This document shows positions 27,170-38,809 of a stretch of 64,000 nt of DNA, piece by piece. Below the pieces are notes generated by a model. That model saw nothing but the letters and a program-made list of their open reading frames with translations, searched no databases and had not been told where the DNA came from. The position numbers and the translations under genes are program-made. The stretch is from Octopus vulgaris (Eukaryota), in NCBI GenBank assembly GCA_951406725.2, contig OX597820.1, forward strand, positions 78,864,001 through 78,928,000, read 5' to 3'. Each line of letters starts with the position of its first letter. The first letter of the stretch is position 1.

Positions 27170-27995
27170 GGGGCCACATGATTTGTTAAGAGTTCACTTG
27201 TTTTGTGTAGGGTTCACTTGTATTGTGTAGGGCTCACTTTTTTGGGTAGGGTCCACTTGTTTTCTGTAGGACTCCTTTGTTTTGCACAGGGTCCACTTGC
27301 TTCAGGTAGGGTCCACTCGTTTTGTATAGGAAGCTCTTTTGTTCCGGAGCAACTGTTTTGTGTAGGTCTCCTTCTTTTATGAAGGGTCCACTTCATTTAT
27401 GTTGATGGTCACTTCTGTGTATGATCCATTTCTTGTGTATAGGGGCCCTAAATCATTTGTTGGATTCACATATTTTGTGTAGGATCTACTTGTATTCTGT
27501 AGGATTCTTTTTTTGTACAGAGTCCACTTGCTTTGAGTAGAGTCCTCTTGTTTTCTGTAGGATCCATATCTTTTCTATATGCTTACTTCTTTTATGTAGG
27601 GTCCGCTTATTTTGTGTAAGGGCCACAAGTTCTATTTTATGTAAGGTTCACTTGTTTTGTGTAGGATTCATTTGTTATTTTATAAGGTCCAATTGTTTTG
27701 CATAGGGTTCACTTCTTTCATAAAAGTCTACATATTCTGTGTAGGGTCCACTTGTTTTGTTTAGGGTTCACTTGTTTTGTGCATGGTTCATTTGTTTTGA
27801 GTAGAAGCCTCTGTTTTGTGTAGGGGACCCTTGTTTTGCATAAAGTTTACTTATTTTGTATTGGAGCCACTTATTTTGTTTAGGGTCTGCTTGTTTTGTG
27901 TAGGGTCCTCTTGTTTTGTGAAGAATTCATTGTTATGTATAAAGTCTACTATTTTGTGTAAGGTTCATTTTTTTGTGTAGGGTCCACTGGTTTTA
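27170..27995 (+). repeat. 20-bp minisatellite, about 40 degenerate units
   Basis: Consensus GTAGGGTCCACTTGTTTTGT repeated in tandem. Confidence 0.9.
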
Positions 27996-28939
27996 TTGCT
28001 CTGACCAGAATGTTACTGTAATTAATGCATCATGTAATCCTTCATTGGAGTCTCTCGTTATCAGTCTGGTGCCCCAAAACGTATTTCCTGCAGTTTACCA
28101 TCATAGAAAACATTGTTGATGATGAGATGTGTAGATGTGTATACTTGTGTGTGCATATATTTGTGTGAGTGTGTGTGTGTGGGGGGCATGGTGTAGCTGG
28201 AATATTTAGCAGAACCCAAAATATCAAGGAATCAAAATTGAATTGCTAAATTTCCATGCAACCAGACAATCTGACCACTCAAACATGTGTTAAACAGGGT
28301 GTTATTAGCAAGTTGTTTTTTCACTCCCCTTTTTTTCTTGGACAGATATCTTCATATATAAAAGTAAGGTTGTGTGGCTGTCTCCTACGATTTAGATTCC
28401 TAGCTACTCCCACATTTTGCGGTGCAGTTTAACCAAAACCGGGTATCTTATAGTCGTGATTCATATCGAGCCCGTCTGGGTATTAGCGCGCATCTACGAT
28501 GAGTCTACGATTTTAAAAATAATTTACCATCATTTTTTTCCATTTTAATGCAATTTTTTGCTATTATATAAGGGAAGTAACTCTCTAAAAATGTCTACGA
28601 TGAGTCAACGATTTAAAAAAAAATTTACCATCATTTTTTTTCCATTTTAATGCATTTTTTTGCTATTTTTTGGCTATAACTCTCTAAAAATGCTTTATAG
28701 TTATTTCCCTTACAAACCCGAGCAACGCCAGGTGATACTGCTAGTAAACTATAAATAAAAACTTTTTACCTCCAGCAGGTAGTGAATTCTGAATGTTGTA
28801 TATATATATATATATATATATATATGAGTGTATTAATGTAAACAAACAAATATTTGTTGTTGTATTAGGAGTGTCAGAATGTGTATTGTACAATACAATT
28901 AAGATGATATTTTTTTGACACTTCTAATTTTCATCATCA

Positions 28940-29225
28940 TCATCATCGGCGGTGTTTAACGTCTGCTTTCCATGCTGGCATGGGTTGGATGGTTTGACTG
29001 AGGACTGGCAAGCTAGAAGGCTGCACGAGGCTCCAATCTGATCTGGCAAAGTTTCTACAGCTGGATGCCTTTCCTAATGCCAACCGCTCCGAGAATGTAG
29101 TGGGTGCTTTTACGTGCCACTGGCACGAGGGCCAGTCAGGTGGTTCTGGCAACGACCATGCTCAAAAGGTGTTCTTTACATGCTACCTGTATGGGACCCA
29201 GTCCAGCAGCACTGGCAACGACCAT
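28940..29225 (-). mobile_element. SINE/LINE tail of RTE type
   Basis: TGGCATTAGGAAAGGCATCCAGCTGTAGAAAC..AACCCATGCCAGCATGGAAAGCAGACGTTAAA..(GAT)n. Many other copies, e.g. 39110-39285, 47480-47605, 51780-51930, 55880-56050 and 61400-61530. Confidence 0.75.
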
Positions 29226-29559
29226 ATAAACAAATATTCGTTTGTTTGCATTTATACACATATGGTTGTTCTATAAAGCTAAAGTATTTAGCATCTAATC
29301 CAGGGGATGAATTTGTCAGTGGGCAGCTTAGCTTAATAATAAAGCATTCATCTGGACTATTAAGTCCCATGGCTGGTTGTTGACAAATTTTTCTGCCTTG
29401 TAGGGGTAATTTATCCAGTATTTCTAGTGTTTTAATGGCAACTCTGCATTTGAAAATAAATATCATCTTCTTATTTGTATCATACAATATATATATATAT
29501 ATATATATCAACCCATGCTAGCATGGAGAACGGACGTTAAACGATGATGATGATGATGA

Positions 29560-29599
<40 letters not shown>

Positions 29600-29739
29600 G
29601 TGTATATATATAAATCTTTAGTTAAATATATTCAATGAGAATATTATATACTGAATTTATATTGAGTGCTCTATTGTATTAAAGTATTAATACTATTATA
29701 GTATTTATGTATTTAATATGAGTGATTATATATATTTTA

Positions 29740-30710
29740 TATAATATATTATTGTTAATATCAGGAAATCAATATTAGGAAATTCTTCAGAAAGATATAT
29801 ACGTGTGCAAAATAATTGTTGTATTAAAAATATAAATATATATAAATATATGTAAATATGTATAAGTATAAATATATAATAATGACATTTTAAAAGTTTC
29901 GAATTAAGGTTTTAAAGCATCTTACAATCGTTTCAGAGAAGTGGAATCCTATATTAATAAGCATTTATAGACAACTTTTCTGCTCTTCAGAGATACAAAA
30001 TGTGAAATTTGTATAATTTATCGAATGGTAGTTTTTTAAAAATATGAAGTAATATAGGAAAATGGTGTTTGTTTGAAATATAAGTTTAAAAAAATTTCTG
30101 CTTTTGATTTTGGTAAGTACACTTTAGTATGAGAGTCTTTAAATCCATATATGTTTCTTTGGTAAGTCTTCTGTAATAATCCATAATAGTTATGTGTAAA
30201 ATCCATTATATTGTCTTGGATTCCAAATATAGTTCATAGACTTAGATGATATTGAATAATGGAATCCTATATTCATAAGCATTTATAGATAACTCTTCTG
30301 CTCCTCAGAAATATCAAATGTGAAATTTGTATAATTTAACGAATGGTAGTTTTTTAAAAAATTATGAAGTAATTATGGGAAAATGGTGTTTGTTTGAAAT
30401 ATAAATTAAAAATTAAGAATTACTGCTTTTGATTTTGGTAAGTACACTTTAGTATAAGAATCTTGAAATTCTTGAAAGTGTTGTCTATAAATGCTTATTA
30501 ATATAGGATTCCATTATAAGGACAGCACTTCTGCGAAACGATCATAAAATGCTTTAAAAACTTAATTCGAAACTTTTAAAATGTCATTATTATATATTTA
30601 TACTTATTTGCATATATTTATATATATTTACATTTTTAATAGAGCAATTATTTTACACAGGAATTTTCTAATATTGATTTCCTGATATTAATAATAATAT
30701 ATTATATAAT
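29740..30710. mobile_element. Fold-back element with partial tandem and inverted repeats (Penelope pLTR-like)
   Basis: 29740-29976 is inverted at 30478-30710; 29943-30140 is directly repeated at 30261-30465. Confidence 0.8.
29917..29996 (-). ncRNA. Type I hammerhead ribozyme motif (family C)
   Basis: On -: GTATCT-CTGAAGA-GCAGAA..loop..TTCTCT-GAAAC-GATT-GTA-AGATGC. 6-bp stem I; the inverted copy supplies intact CTTCTGC-GAAACGATC. Confidence 0.7.
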
Positions 30711-30892
30711 ATATATATATATATACATACATACACATACATATATTTATTTACACACACATTCATATATCCCATGCCAGCATTGAAAACGGACATTAAA
30801 CAATGATGATATATATATATTATATGTATGCTTATATTTTGTTAATTCTGTAATTAAAACTGTTTAATTCTGTTTTCCATGTAATTTTTCAG

Positions 30893-30935
30893 AGAGAACT
30901 TCCCATACTTTAAGAATGCACCAGGTGGATGGAAG
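30893..30935 (+). CDS. FoxN1/4: FoxN1/4 forkhead transcription factor, internal exon (ENFPYFKNAPGGWK)
   Basis: tttttcag|..|gtaaa boundaries; FPYFK-AP-GWK forkhead motif; phase 0 end joins [10 protein letters not shown]. The exact acceptor could be 30893, 30895 or 30897. Confidence 0.9.
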
Positions 30936-31858
30936 GTAAATTAAAATTCTTCAATTAATTTTCTCATAATATCTGACCAAACCTGTTCAGTTACTCTTCT
31001 TTTGATGTCCAAGCACATTAGACACATCTCAAATTCACCAGTACACGTCTTTTTTTTTTTAAATAAGTTTTTAGCCCATTAAAGCATGCAATACAAACAC
31101 AACTTCCCATTTAGAATTCAAAGTGGTTTACTAAGACAATTTTTGGGAAAGGAACTGCTTCTTCTATTTGATAGACACTTTGATTGCTTCATTCCACGGG
31201 ATATCTTACGGCCTCTTCTCTAATTAGTCTAAATATTTAAATTGGGCTGAAGTTTTGGTACAAGGCCAGTAGTTTTGGGGTAGAGGATAAGTCAATTACA
31301 TTGATCCCCAGTACACAACTGGTACTTATTTTATTGACCCCCTAAGAGGAGTCAATCTTGGCAGAATTTGAACTGAGAACATAAAGATGAATGAAATGCC
31401 ATGAAGCATTTTGCCTGGCATGCTAATGGTTCAGCCAGTTTGCTGCCTTTGTCCAAATATCTATATTAACCCCAAGTTTCTTCCTCTATAAATAAATGTC
31501 TTGAGCTCTAAATTCTTTCTTTAGGATCATTTCTAAGCCCTGTAAAGTAGATGAGAAATAGATCTCTATCTGGTTAGATTGCTTCATGTAAGGGCATGAC
31601 AAGTTTTGGTTTAGCTGTTGTGGCACCACTGATTCAATGCTGACTTATTTGACATCAAACATTTAAAAGTTTCTCTTATTCCCTTCCCCCCTTCTCTATC
31701 TCTCTTTTTCTCTATGTGTGTGAGCATATTTCTTTTTATGCAAATGAGGAGAGGGAAACTGTTTATATCAACCAGGTTCAATTAATGACTATCTGTAATG
31801 TCTCTCTTTCTCCATCTGTCTCCCTTGCCCGTTGTCTGTATCTATACATTTCTTTATA

Positions 31859-31889
<31 letters not shown>

Positions 31890-32464
31890 CTCACCAGTGC
31901 CAAAAAGTACTGTCACCAAAACATCTTCACCATCCAGTCAGTGATACCAAATCCCCAGTGTCCAACCAGATGCACCCAATTACCTCATTCCAACCATATA
32001 AGGCAGTTAATTAGCAAAATCATTAGGGGATCAGACAGAATACCTTGTGGTATTTTTCCAAGCTCTCCATGTTCTGAGTTCAAGTCCAACCAATGTAGAC
32101 TTTGTCTTTCTCTCCCTCAGAGCTGACAAAGTATGATGCCACAGTAGGTAGTTTTGTGTCTACTTTTTTTCTTTAACCCTAAGCCAATTACTGTTTGACA
32201 ATGACATGCAATGAAAGGAATATTATAAGAGGGATCTCTCGTGTCTGTTCACAGTGTCTGCCTTTTTGGTCTCTGTTGTTGAAGGGGAGACAACCACTCT
32301 GCAATGCATGCAGCCAACAGCCTGGTTAGGAAATGCTGTGAACTGACTCGGTATGTTCACACCCATCTCTCTACAATGAGAAATTTTCTCCATGATAAGA
32401 TACAGTAAATACTTTTCTTAGGGGCTTGAATATGCCTCCAGCATATTTGAAATGGTAACAAGTT

Positions 32465-32785
32465 TGTATGAGGATACATTATTTATATTGGATGGATATG
32501 TGTCATCTTGTTTGTTGTTACCACGTTTCGGCTGATTTACTCTCCAGCCTTCATCAGGTACCCTGGCAGAATTTTAAACCCAACCCTGGGTTCTCATTCC
32601 TAAGGTATTTTTTTGCTGATATTACTATTATTATTATTATTATTATTATTAATATTTATTCAAGGCACTTGCCTGAAATTGAACTCACAATCTTGGGGTT
32701 ATGGTAACAACAAACAAGATGAGCACACATATCCATCCAATGTAAACAATGTACAGAATTCCTCATCTGTGAAATATAGAACAGT
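32465..32785 (-). mobile_element. Hammerhead-bearing element family A with a short inverted tail copy
   Basis: Core on - at 32519-32560: CTGATGA-AGGCTG-GAGAGTAAAT-CAGCC-GAAACGTGGTA; the tail is repeated inverted at 32703-32785. Confidence 0.75.
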
Positions 32786-32790
32786 ATTTG

Positions 32791-33005
32791 TATGAGGTGG
32801 GGTGCTGAAAAGTTCCTGGCTTTAGGTATATCATGAAAGGCCTGGGTGGAGGCCCAACCTTCTGAGTTCTTTTACAGGGCTTAGAAAAACCTAAAGACTG
32901 CTAAAGAACTGTCACAGTGTGTGAATCTGAGAAGGGAATATGTTAAATGAAATCATAATTAACTGATCCTCCTGTATTTTCTTTTACTCAAAACCAGGAA
33001 CTTAT
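32791..33005 (+). mobile_element. Mariner-derived MITE
   Basis: TIR TATGAGG..GTGCTGAAAAGTTCCTGG / CCAGGAACTT; internal CVNLRREYVK* resembles the mariner C-terminus. Confidence 0.65.
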
Positions 33006-33108
33006 CGTGTATTTATGTAAATCCCTGCTTAGCTCTGTCCCCCACCTTATTTATAGTTTGTACAGTGATGACAGGTATTTTAATATAATTTGTATATTTT
33101 AATTTCAG

Positions 33109-33298
33109 AATTCTGTTAGACATAATCTGTCTTTGAATAAATGCTTTGAAAAAGTTGAAAACCCGAAATTCAGTGGATCTTCTCGTAAAGGTTGTCTCTG
33201 GGCACTTAATCCAGCCAAAATATCCAAAATGGAAGAAGAAATTGCTAAATGGGAGAAGAAAGATCCTCAAGGAATCCGAAACAGCATGGCAAATCCAG
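33109..33298 (+). CDS. FoxN1/4: FoxN1/4 exon: recognition helix and wing ([63 protein letters not shown])
   Basis: tttcag|..|gtaat, 190 nt; [23 protein letters not shown] is diagnostic of FoxN1/FoxN4. Confidence 0.96.
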
Positions 33299-33652
33299 GT
33301 AATGTCTTGTGTTGGATTCTTTGTTTTTTTTTTCTCTTACCTCTTTCAATCGTTAGACTGCGACCATGCTGGAGCACCACATTGAAGAATATTTTAGCCA
33401 AATGAATTTGTTTCTGTCTACCGAATCCACTCACAAGGCTTTGGTCAGCTCAAGGCTATATAGTAGAAGACACTTGCTCAAGGTGCCACACAGTGGGAAT
33501 GAACCCAGAGCCATGTGGTTGGTAAGCAAGCTACTTACCACACAGCCACTCCTGCCAATTATTATGTAAAACATTAAAAATAAAATTTGATTTTGTTGAA
33601 TGTCTTTGTATCTTTCTTTCCATATCCATTTTTTTTTGTTTGTTTTTTTCAG

Positions 33653-33945
33653 AACGTTTGGAATTGATTATCCAGGGACGAGTAGACTCACCTCAGATGC
33701 AAATTTCACCTAATCTACCCAACATCATCAATATCCGACAGACAGCAAACGTGCACCCAGAGCAACCCAGTATATTATCAGGAGGCCCTAATCAGTATCA
33801 TATCCAGTCCCCTTTTCTACCAGACAGTCCGACCCCACAACATGTCGAGATTCTAGAACAAAACAATAGCAGCTTATTAAAGGAAGTCAGTGCTGTGGAC
33901 ACAACTCTTTCTTTAGACCCAACAATGTCAGAAATGACCCTAAAG
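33653..33945 (+). CDS. FoxN1/4: FoxN1/4 exon (ERLELIIQG..SLDPTMSEMTLK)
   Basis: Long pyrimidine tract plus cag, gtaac donor, 293 nt; phases 1 to 0 fit the neighbouring exons. Confidence 0.88.
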
Positions 33946-34821
33946 GTAACCCCTCCACCACACACACACATCTAGAGTGCTTTTAAAACCTTAATGTCCT
34001 TTGTACCCTGTGTAAATCACTGTGAAACAGTTTTACTTTCAATCCATCAAGCAGAATTGAAGTGCCAACACACGAAACTCTTGGCCCTTGGGTTTCTAAT
34101 ATTGGCACAAGGCCAGCAATTTTTGTGGTTGAAGTCAATTTTATTGACCTCAGTACACAACTGGTACTTATTTTATTGACCCCAAATTGATGAAAGGCAA
34201 AGTTGACCTTAGCAGAATTTGAACTCAGAACATTTTCTCCAGCATGAGAACAATTCTGCCAAGTTGGCTGCCTTTTATGGTATCAAATTCTTGCACAAGG
34301 CCAGCAACTTTTGAGGTGCATATTTTATCGACCCCGAAAGGATGAAAGGCAAAGTCGACCTTGGCAGAATTTGAACTCAGAACGTAAAGAGACGGAAGAG
34401 ATGTTGCTAAGCATTTCACCCACCATGTTAATGATGATTCTGTTGGCTTTATGCCTGCAACCAATTAACAATCCCTAATACTATAGGTACAAGGCCTGAA
34501 ATTTTCAGTGAAGAGCTATGCCAACCACATTGACCCCACTGCTCAACTGGGACTATTTTTTTTACCCTAAAAGGATAAATGGTAAAGCCAACCTCAGAAG
34601 AATTTGAACTCAGAACATAAAAACAGACAAAATACCACTAAGCATTCTGCCAGCTCACCACCATCAACTAATTAATTACTACTAATTAACCATTAAAAAA
34701 TCATCAATTAAGTTTATCATAAAAAAATCTGTTTTCTTGTTTGTATCCCTAAACCTATGAAGTTCAACTCATAATATTTGTTGTTGTTTTTTAAATTTCC
34801 TTCTCTACTTTCTTATTTCAG

Positions 34822-35014
34822 AACCTGTTGGATCCCACAATCTGTCTCCAAGATAATTTCCCCTTCCAGAACAGTTTATGGGATGAAGACATGGATGTTG
34901 AATTGAGTTTAGATATGCCTGTGGCCATATCTGCAACCAATTCTGGTGTGCAAACTCTAGGGGCTTCACTAACTTCAGCAGCACCTCATATCAATTTATA
35001 TTCCCCTCTGGCAG
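34822..35014 (+). CDS. FoxN1/4: FoxN1/4 exon with acidic activation-like motif (NSLWDEDMDVELSLD)
   Basis: tttcag|..G|gttag; phases 0 to 1; LWDE..SLD resembles the FoxN1/4 C-terminal motif. In-frame alternative acceptor at 34870. Confidence 0.82.
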
Positions 35015-35251
35015 GTTAGAGATTCTTTTATTCTTCTACTTGTTTCGGTCATTTGACTGCAGCCATGCTGGAGCACCGCCTTTAATTGAGCAAATCAACC
35101 CAGAGCTTATACTTTGTAAGCCTAGTACTTATTCTATCAGTCTCTTTTGCTGAACCGCTAAGTTACGGGGACATAAACACACCAGCATCAATTGTCAAGC
35201 GATGTTGGGTAGACAAACACAGACACACAAACATATACACACACATACACT

Positions 35252-35286
<35 letters not shown>

Positions 35287-35289
35287 CAT

Positions 35290-35750
35290 CATCGTTTAAT
35301 GTCCGTTTTCCATGCTAGCATAGGTTGGATGGTTCGACTGGGGTCTGGGAAGCCAGGTGGCTGCACCAGGCTCCAGTTTGATATGGCAGTGTTTCTACAG
35401 CTGGATGCCCTTCCTAATGCCAACCACTCCAAGAGTGTAGTAGGTGCTTTTTAAGTGCCACTGGCACGGGTATCACAACTACAATTTTCATTTGATTTTC
35501 ATTTTGATGTTGATGTACTTGGCTCAATAGGTTTCAGCAGGTCACCCTACGTTCCAAGGTACTTTTGAATGGGCTGGGGCTGGTTATGCAAAACTGGTGT
35601 AGGATACAGCTGTGAATTCACTTTATTTGCCAGGTCTTCGCAGTCACAGTATATCTCCAGAGGTCTCGGTCTTTCGTCATTGCCTCTATGAGACACAACA
35701 TTTGAACGTCATGCTTCACCACCTCATCCCATGTTTTCTTGGGTCTACCA
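35290..35750 (-). mobile_element. RTE LINE 3' end including UTR
   Basis: GRPKKTWDEVVKHD..AMTKDRDLWRYTV followed by the tail shared with RTE-type SINEs, ending (GAT)n. Confidence 0.8.
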
Positions 35751-36034
35751 TATATATATATATATATATGACTGGCTCTCATGCCAGTGGCACGTAAAAC
35801 GCACCAACCAAATATGGCCAATGCCAGTACCCATTAACTGCCCATTTTGTGTGTGTGTGTGTGTGTGTCAATATACACATGTTGATATTTTAAAGGTCTA
35901 TTCATCACCATTTGACTAAAACAGTAAATAATTTTGACATTCCATCATGACATTACGACTGGTTGCATGAACAGTCGATAAATTAATAAATAGCTTCTAA
36001 TTTTTCTTTTTCTTTTTTCTTTCTAATATTTCAG

Positions 36035-36144
36035 GAATCAGAAATGAGTCTTTAGCAGTCACAGGATTTGGTCACACAGCTTACAACCAACTAGACGTCA
36101 GTGGTTCAATCTATGGCCAGAATACTCTCTCTGTGTCAACGTAA
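36035..36144 (+). CDS. FoxN1/4: FoxN1/4 last coding exon (GIRNESLAVTG..NTLSVST*)
   Basis: Strong pyrimidine tract plus tcag; phase 1 entry is open to TAA at 36142-36144. Confidence 0.75.
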
Positions 36145-36375
36145 TCATTGTGTCAATTGAAGATGTTTGTTGATGCCAAAATATTTTGATTCTCTCCACA
36201 ACTTCTATATTACTACAACTGATCTTTATACAATGGCTGGCTACTGGCAGTTATTTTCACAGTCACTCCATCATGTGGATATATAACAAGAAATACAAAC
36301 TTTACAAGATATTCTGTGAAATGTATTCACTCTTTTAATTCCCCCAGCCAGCAACAGTGACTGCAGAGTCATTAA

Positions 36376-36582
36376 CCCTTTGACCATATCTGGCCTAAGT
36401 ATCCCAGCTCTTTTATGTTCAAACTGGATAGAACTGGCTCCCCGCATTGCCCTACAGTATCATTCTAAAGACAAACAATCACTCTAAAGAAATCTCAAGG
36501 CTACAAGATAATCCAGGATTAATTCAAAACAATATGAATAAATAAGGATTACATTTGACAGAGTAATCTAAATGCTAAAGGG
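36376..36582. mobile_element. piggyBac-type MITE
   Basis: TTAA|CCCTTT...AAAGGG|TTAA. Confidence 0.75.
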
Positions 36583-37129
36583 TTAAAACAATTTTATATT
36601 TTAGTGACAGGCATGGATGGATGGCTGAGAAGTTTACTTCCCAACATCTAGTTCCATAGTTCCACCTTCAGGTCCTTTGCATGGCATATTGGACAACGGT
36701 CATCAGCTTCAGTCCTGGGCCAACCAATTCAATGCCAGTGAAACTAGCAGATGGAAACTGTGTAGAGGTTCATCATGTGTGTGTGTGTGTGTGTGAAAAT
36801 GTTGGTTTCAAATTTTGGCACAAGGCCAGGAATTTTGGGGACGGGGAGGATCCTAGTCTATTATATCAACCCCAGTATTCTACTGGTACTTAATTTATCA
36901 ACTCCCTGAGAGGGATGAAAGGTGAAGTTGACCTCAGCGGAAGTTGAACCCATGTGTGTGTATAAATGTTATTCTTTAACAAGAATGGTATTGAGTGACT
37001 TCAGACAGTCCGATGATAGCATAGCCAGCCAAAACTTCAAAGTCACTGTCAAAAATATTCTCTATAAAAAGTATGGAATACTCCTTCAGTTTAATGTAAA
37101 TTTGTTTTTAGCATAAAAACGAATACAAA

Positions 37130-37258
37130 TTATATGTATGTGCATGTGTGTATAAATATGCATGCGTGTATATACATATATATATGCATGTATATACATA
37201 CATATATGCATGTATATACATACATATATGCATGTATATACATACATATATGCATATA

Positions 37259-37289
<31 letters not shown>

Positions 37290-37380
37290 GCATGTGCATA
37301 TATACATATATATGCATGTATATACATATATATATATGCATGTATATACATATGTATATATGCATGTGTGTATATACACA
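37130..37380. repeat. (TATATGCATGTATATACA)-type micro/minisatellite
   Basis: Directly visible. Confidence 0.9.
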
Positions 37381-38007
37381 GTGTTTCTGTGAATGTTCAC
37401 ATTCTGTGACGTTTTCATGCAAAATCCCAACAGCAAAGGCAGTGACATTATGTTGACAATTCCCTGTCAACAAATCACTCTGTAGCTCCAGTCGTTTAAA
37501 GACTGGAAGAATAAAAATCCCTTGTAAAACAAGTAAAGGTTAGCGACAGGAAGAGCATCTGGTTGTAAAAACAATGCTTTAGCAATAAGACTTCATGTTG
37601 CCTATACCAAATGAATGTGTGTTTGTGTTTGTTTAATGTGCAAGGAGTTAAAAATTTCTGATTTGGTGCCAAGGCACACATTTAACTTACCAAAGGTAGG
37701 TTGTCATTCACGAGTCTTCTCTACTGGAAACAAATCCTGCGGAAGTAATCTTTTATATTGATTGTTGGAACCTCATATGTTGAGACCAACGAGAGAATCC
37801 ACAAAGTTATGTATGTATATTGTTATGGTCAGACAGTGAGAAAACCTAGTCAACAATATGTCAAAGCACATTTGTATCTCTCTCACTTTCCCTCTCTGTC
37901 TATATAATTCTTAAACAAGAATAATAACTGCCAATAATTTTCTCATTTAAGAATAATAAATTTGTACTCCACAAAGTATAGAGCAATCCATCAGATTAAT
38001 GTAGAAT

Positions 38008-38163
38008 TCAGTTCTATATTTAAGAGATGAGGAATTATGTACATTATTTACTTTATTTATATATAACGGATATTTGTCATCATCTTGCCCACAGGCATAA
38101 GGCATAGTGGTTAAGAGCGCAGGCTACTAACCCCAAGATTCCGAGTTCGATTCCAGGCAATGA

Positions 38164-38200
<37 letters not shown>

Positions 38201-38357
38201 TAATAATAATAATAACATTGAAAAATACCTTAGGAATGAGAACCCAGGTTCGAAATTTTCCCCAAGACACCTGATGAAGGTTGGAGGGTATATCAGCCGA
38301 AACGTGTTAACAACAAACAAGATGAGGACAAATATCCGTCAAATGTAGATAATGTAA
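38008..38357 (+). mobile_element. Family A element: inverted tail + tRNA-like head + (AAT)n + hammerhead + tail
   Basis: A-box GGCATAGTGG (38101), B-box GAGTTCGATTCC (38143), core CTGATGA 38271-38277, stem II GGTTG/CAGCC, GAAAC 38299-38303; 38008-38088 is an inverted copy of the tail. Confidence 0.8.
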
Positions 38358-38809
38358 TGTAGAATTGTTTCTATTATAACTGAACATTAAGTTTAGTTTA
38401 ATCCTCAGTCAAGCTCTAATTGCTAAAACTGAGGGAGAGAGAGAGGAGAAAGAAAGAGAGAAGAAATATTTTCTTTTATGATTTGCTTTGCTATCAGTCT
38501 TTATTCTCATGGCATCTACTTTTATCTAAGATATCAGTCATGTAATGATCTCGTTTGTGGCCACAAATTCATGAAGAAGGGGACACGGTGTATTAAACAA
38601 ACTCATCCCACTGTTGGTACTCATTTCATTGATGCAGAGCACTATGCCACTTGGTAAGATCTTGCTCAAGATCACTCGCTGTGGTGTAGTGCTATACTCC
38701 AGAGCAGTGCTTCTCAAACTATCTGACGTGGCATAACCGGCAGTTTTTTTTTTTTTTTTCAATGTGCCAGGGACCGATAATATTTCTTAGTAATATTAAT
38801 TTCTGATGA

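Noticed and set aside
27170-27995. Regular short repeats resembling a CRISPR array
   Set aside because: Units are contiguous without unique spacers, there are no cas genes, and the context is eukaryotic. The same applies to 38810-39120 and 45900-46120.
28432-28475. CCAAAACCG..TCTTATAGT resembling the missing FoxN PKP.YSYS exon
   Set aside because: The motif halves are in different frames, no CLIA follows, and it lies within a Helitron-like repeat.
38094-38168. tRNA-like sequence (also 15311-15385 and 56280-56348) as a tRNA gene
   Set aside because: A and B boxes are present but the acceptor stem does not close, and each continues into a repeat body: these are SINE heads.
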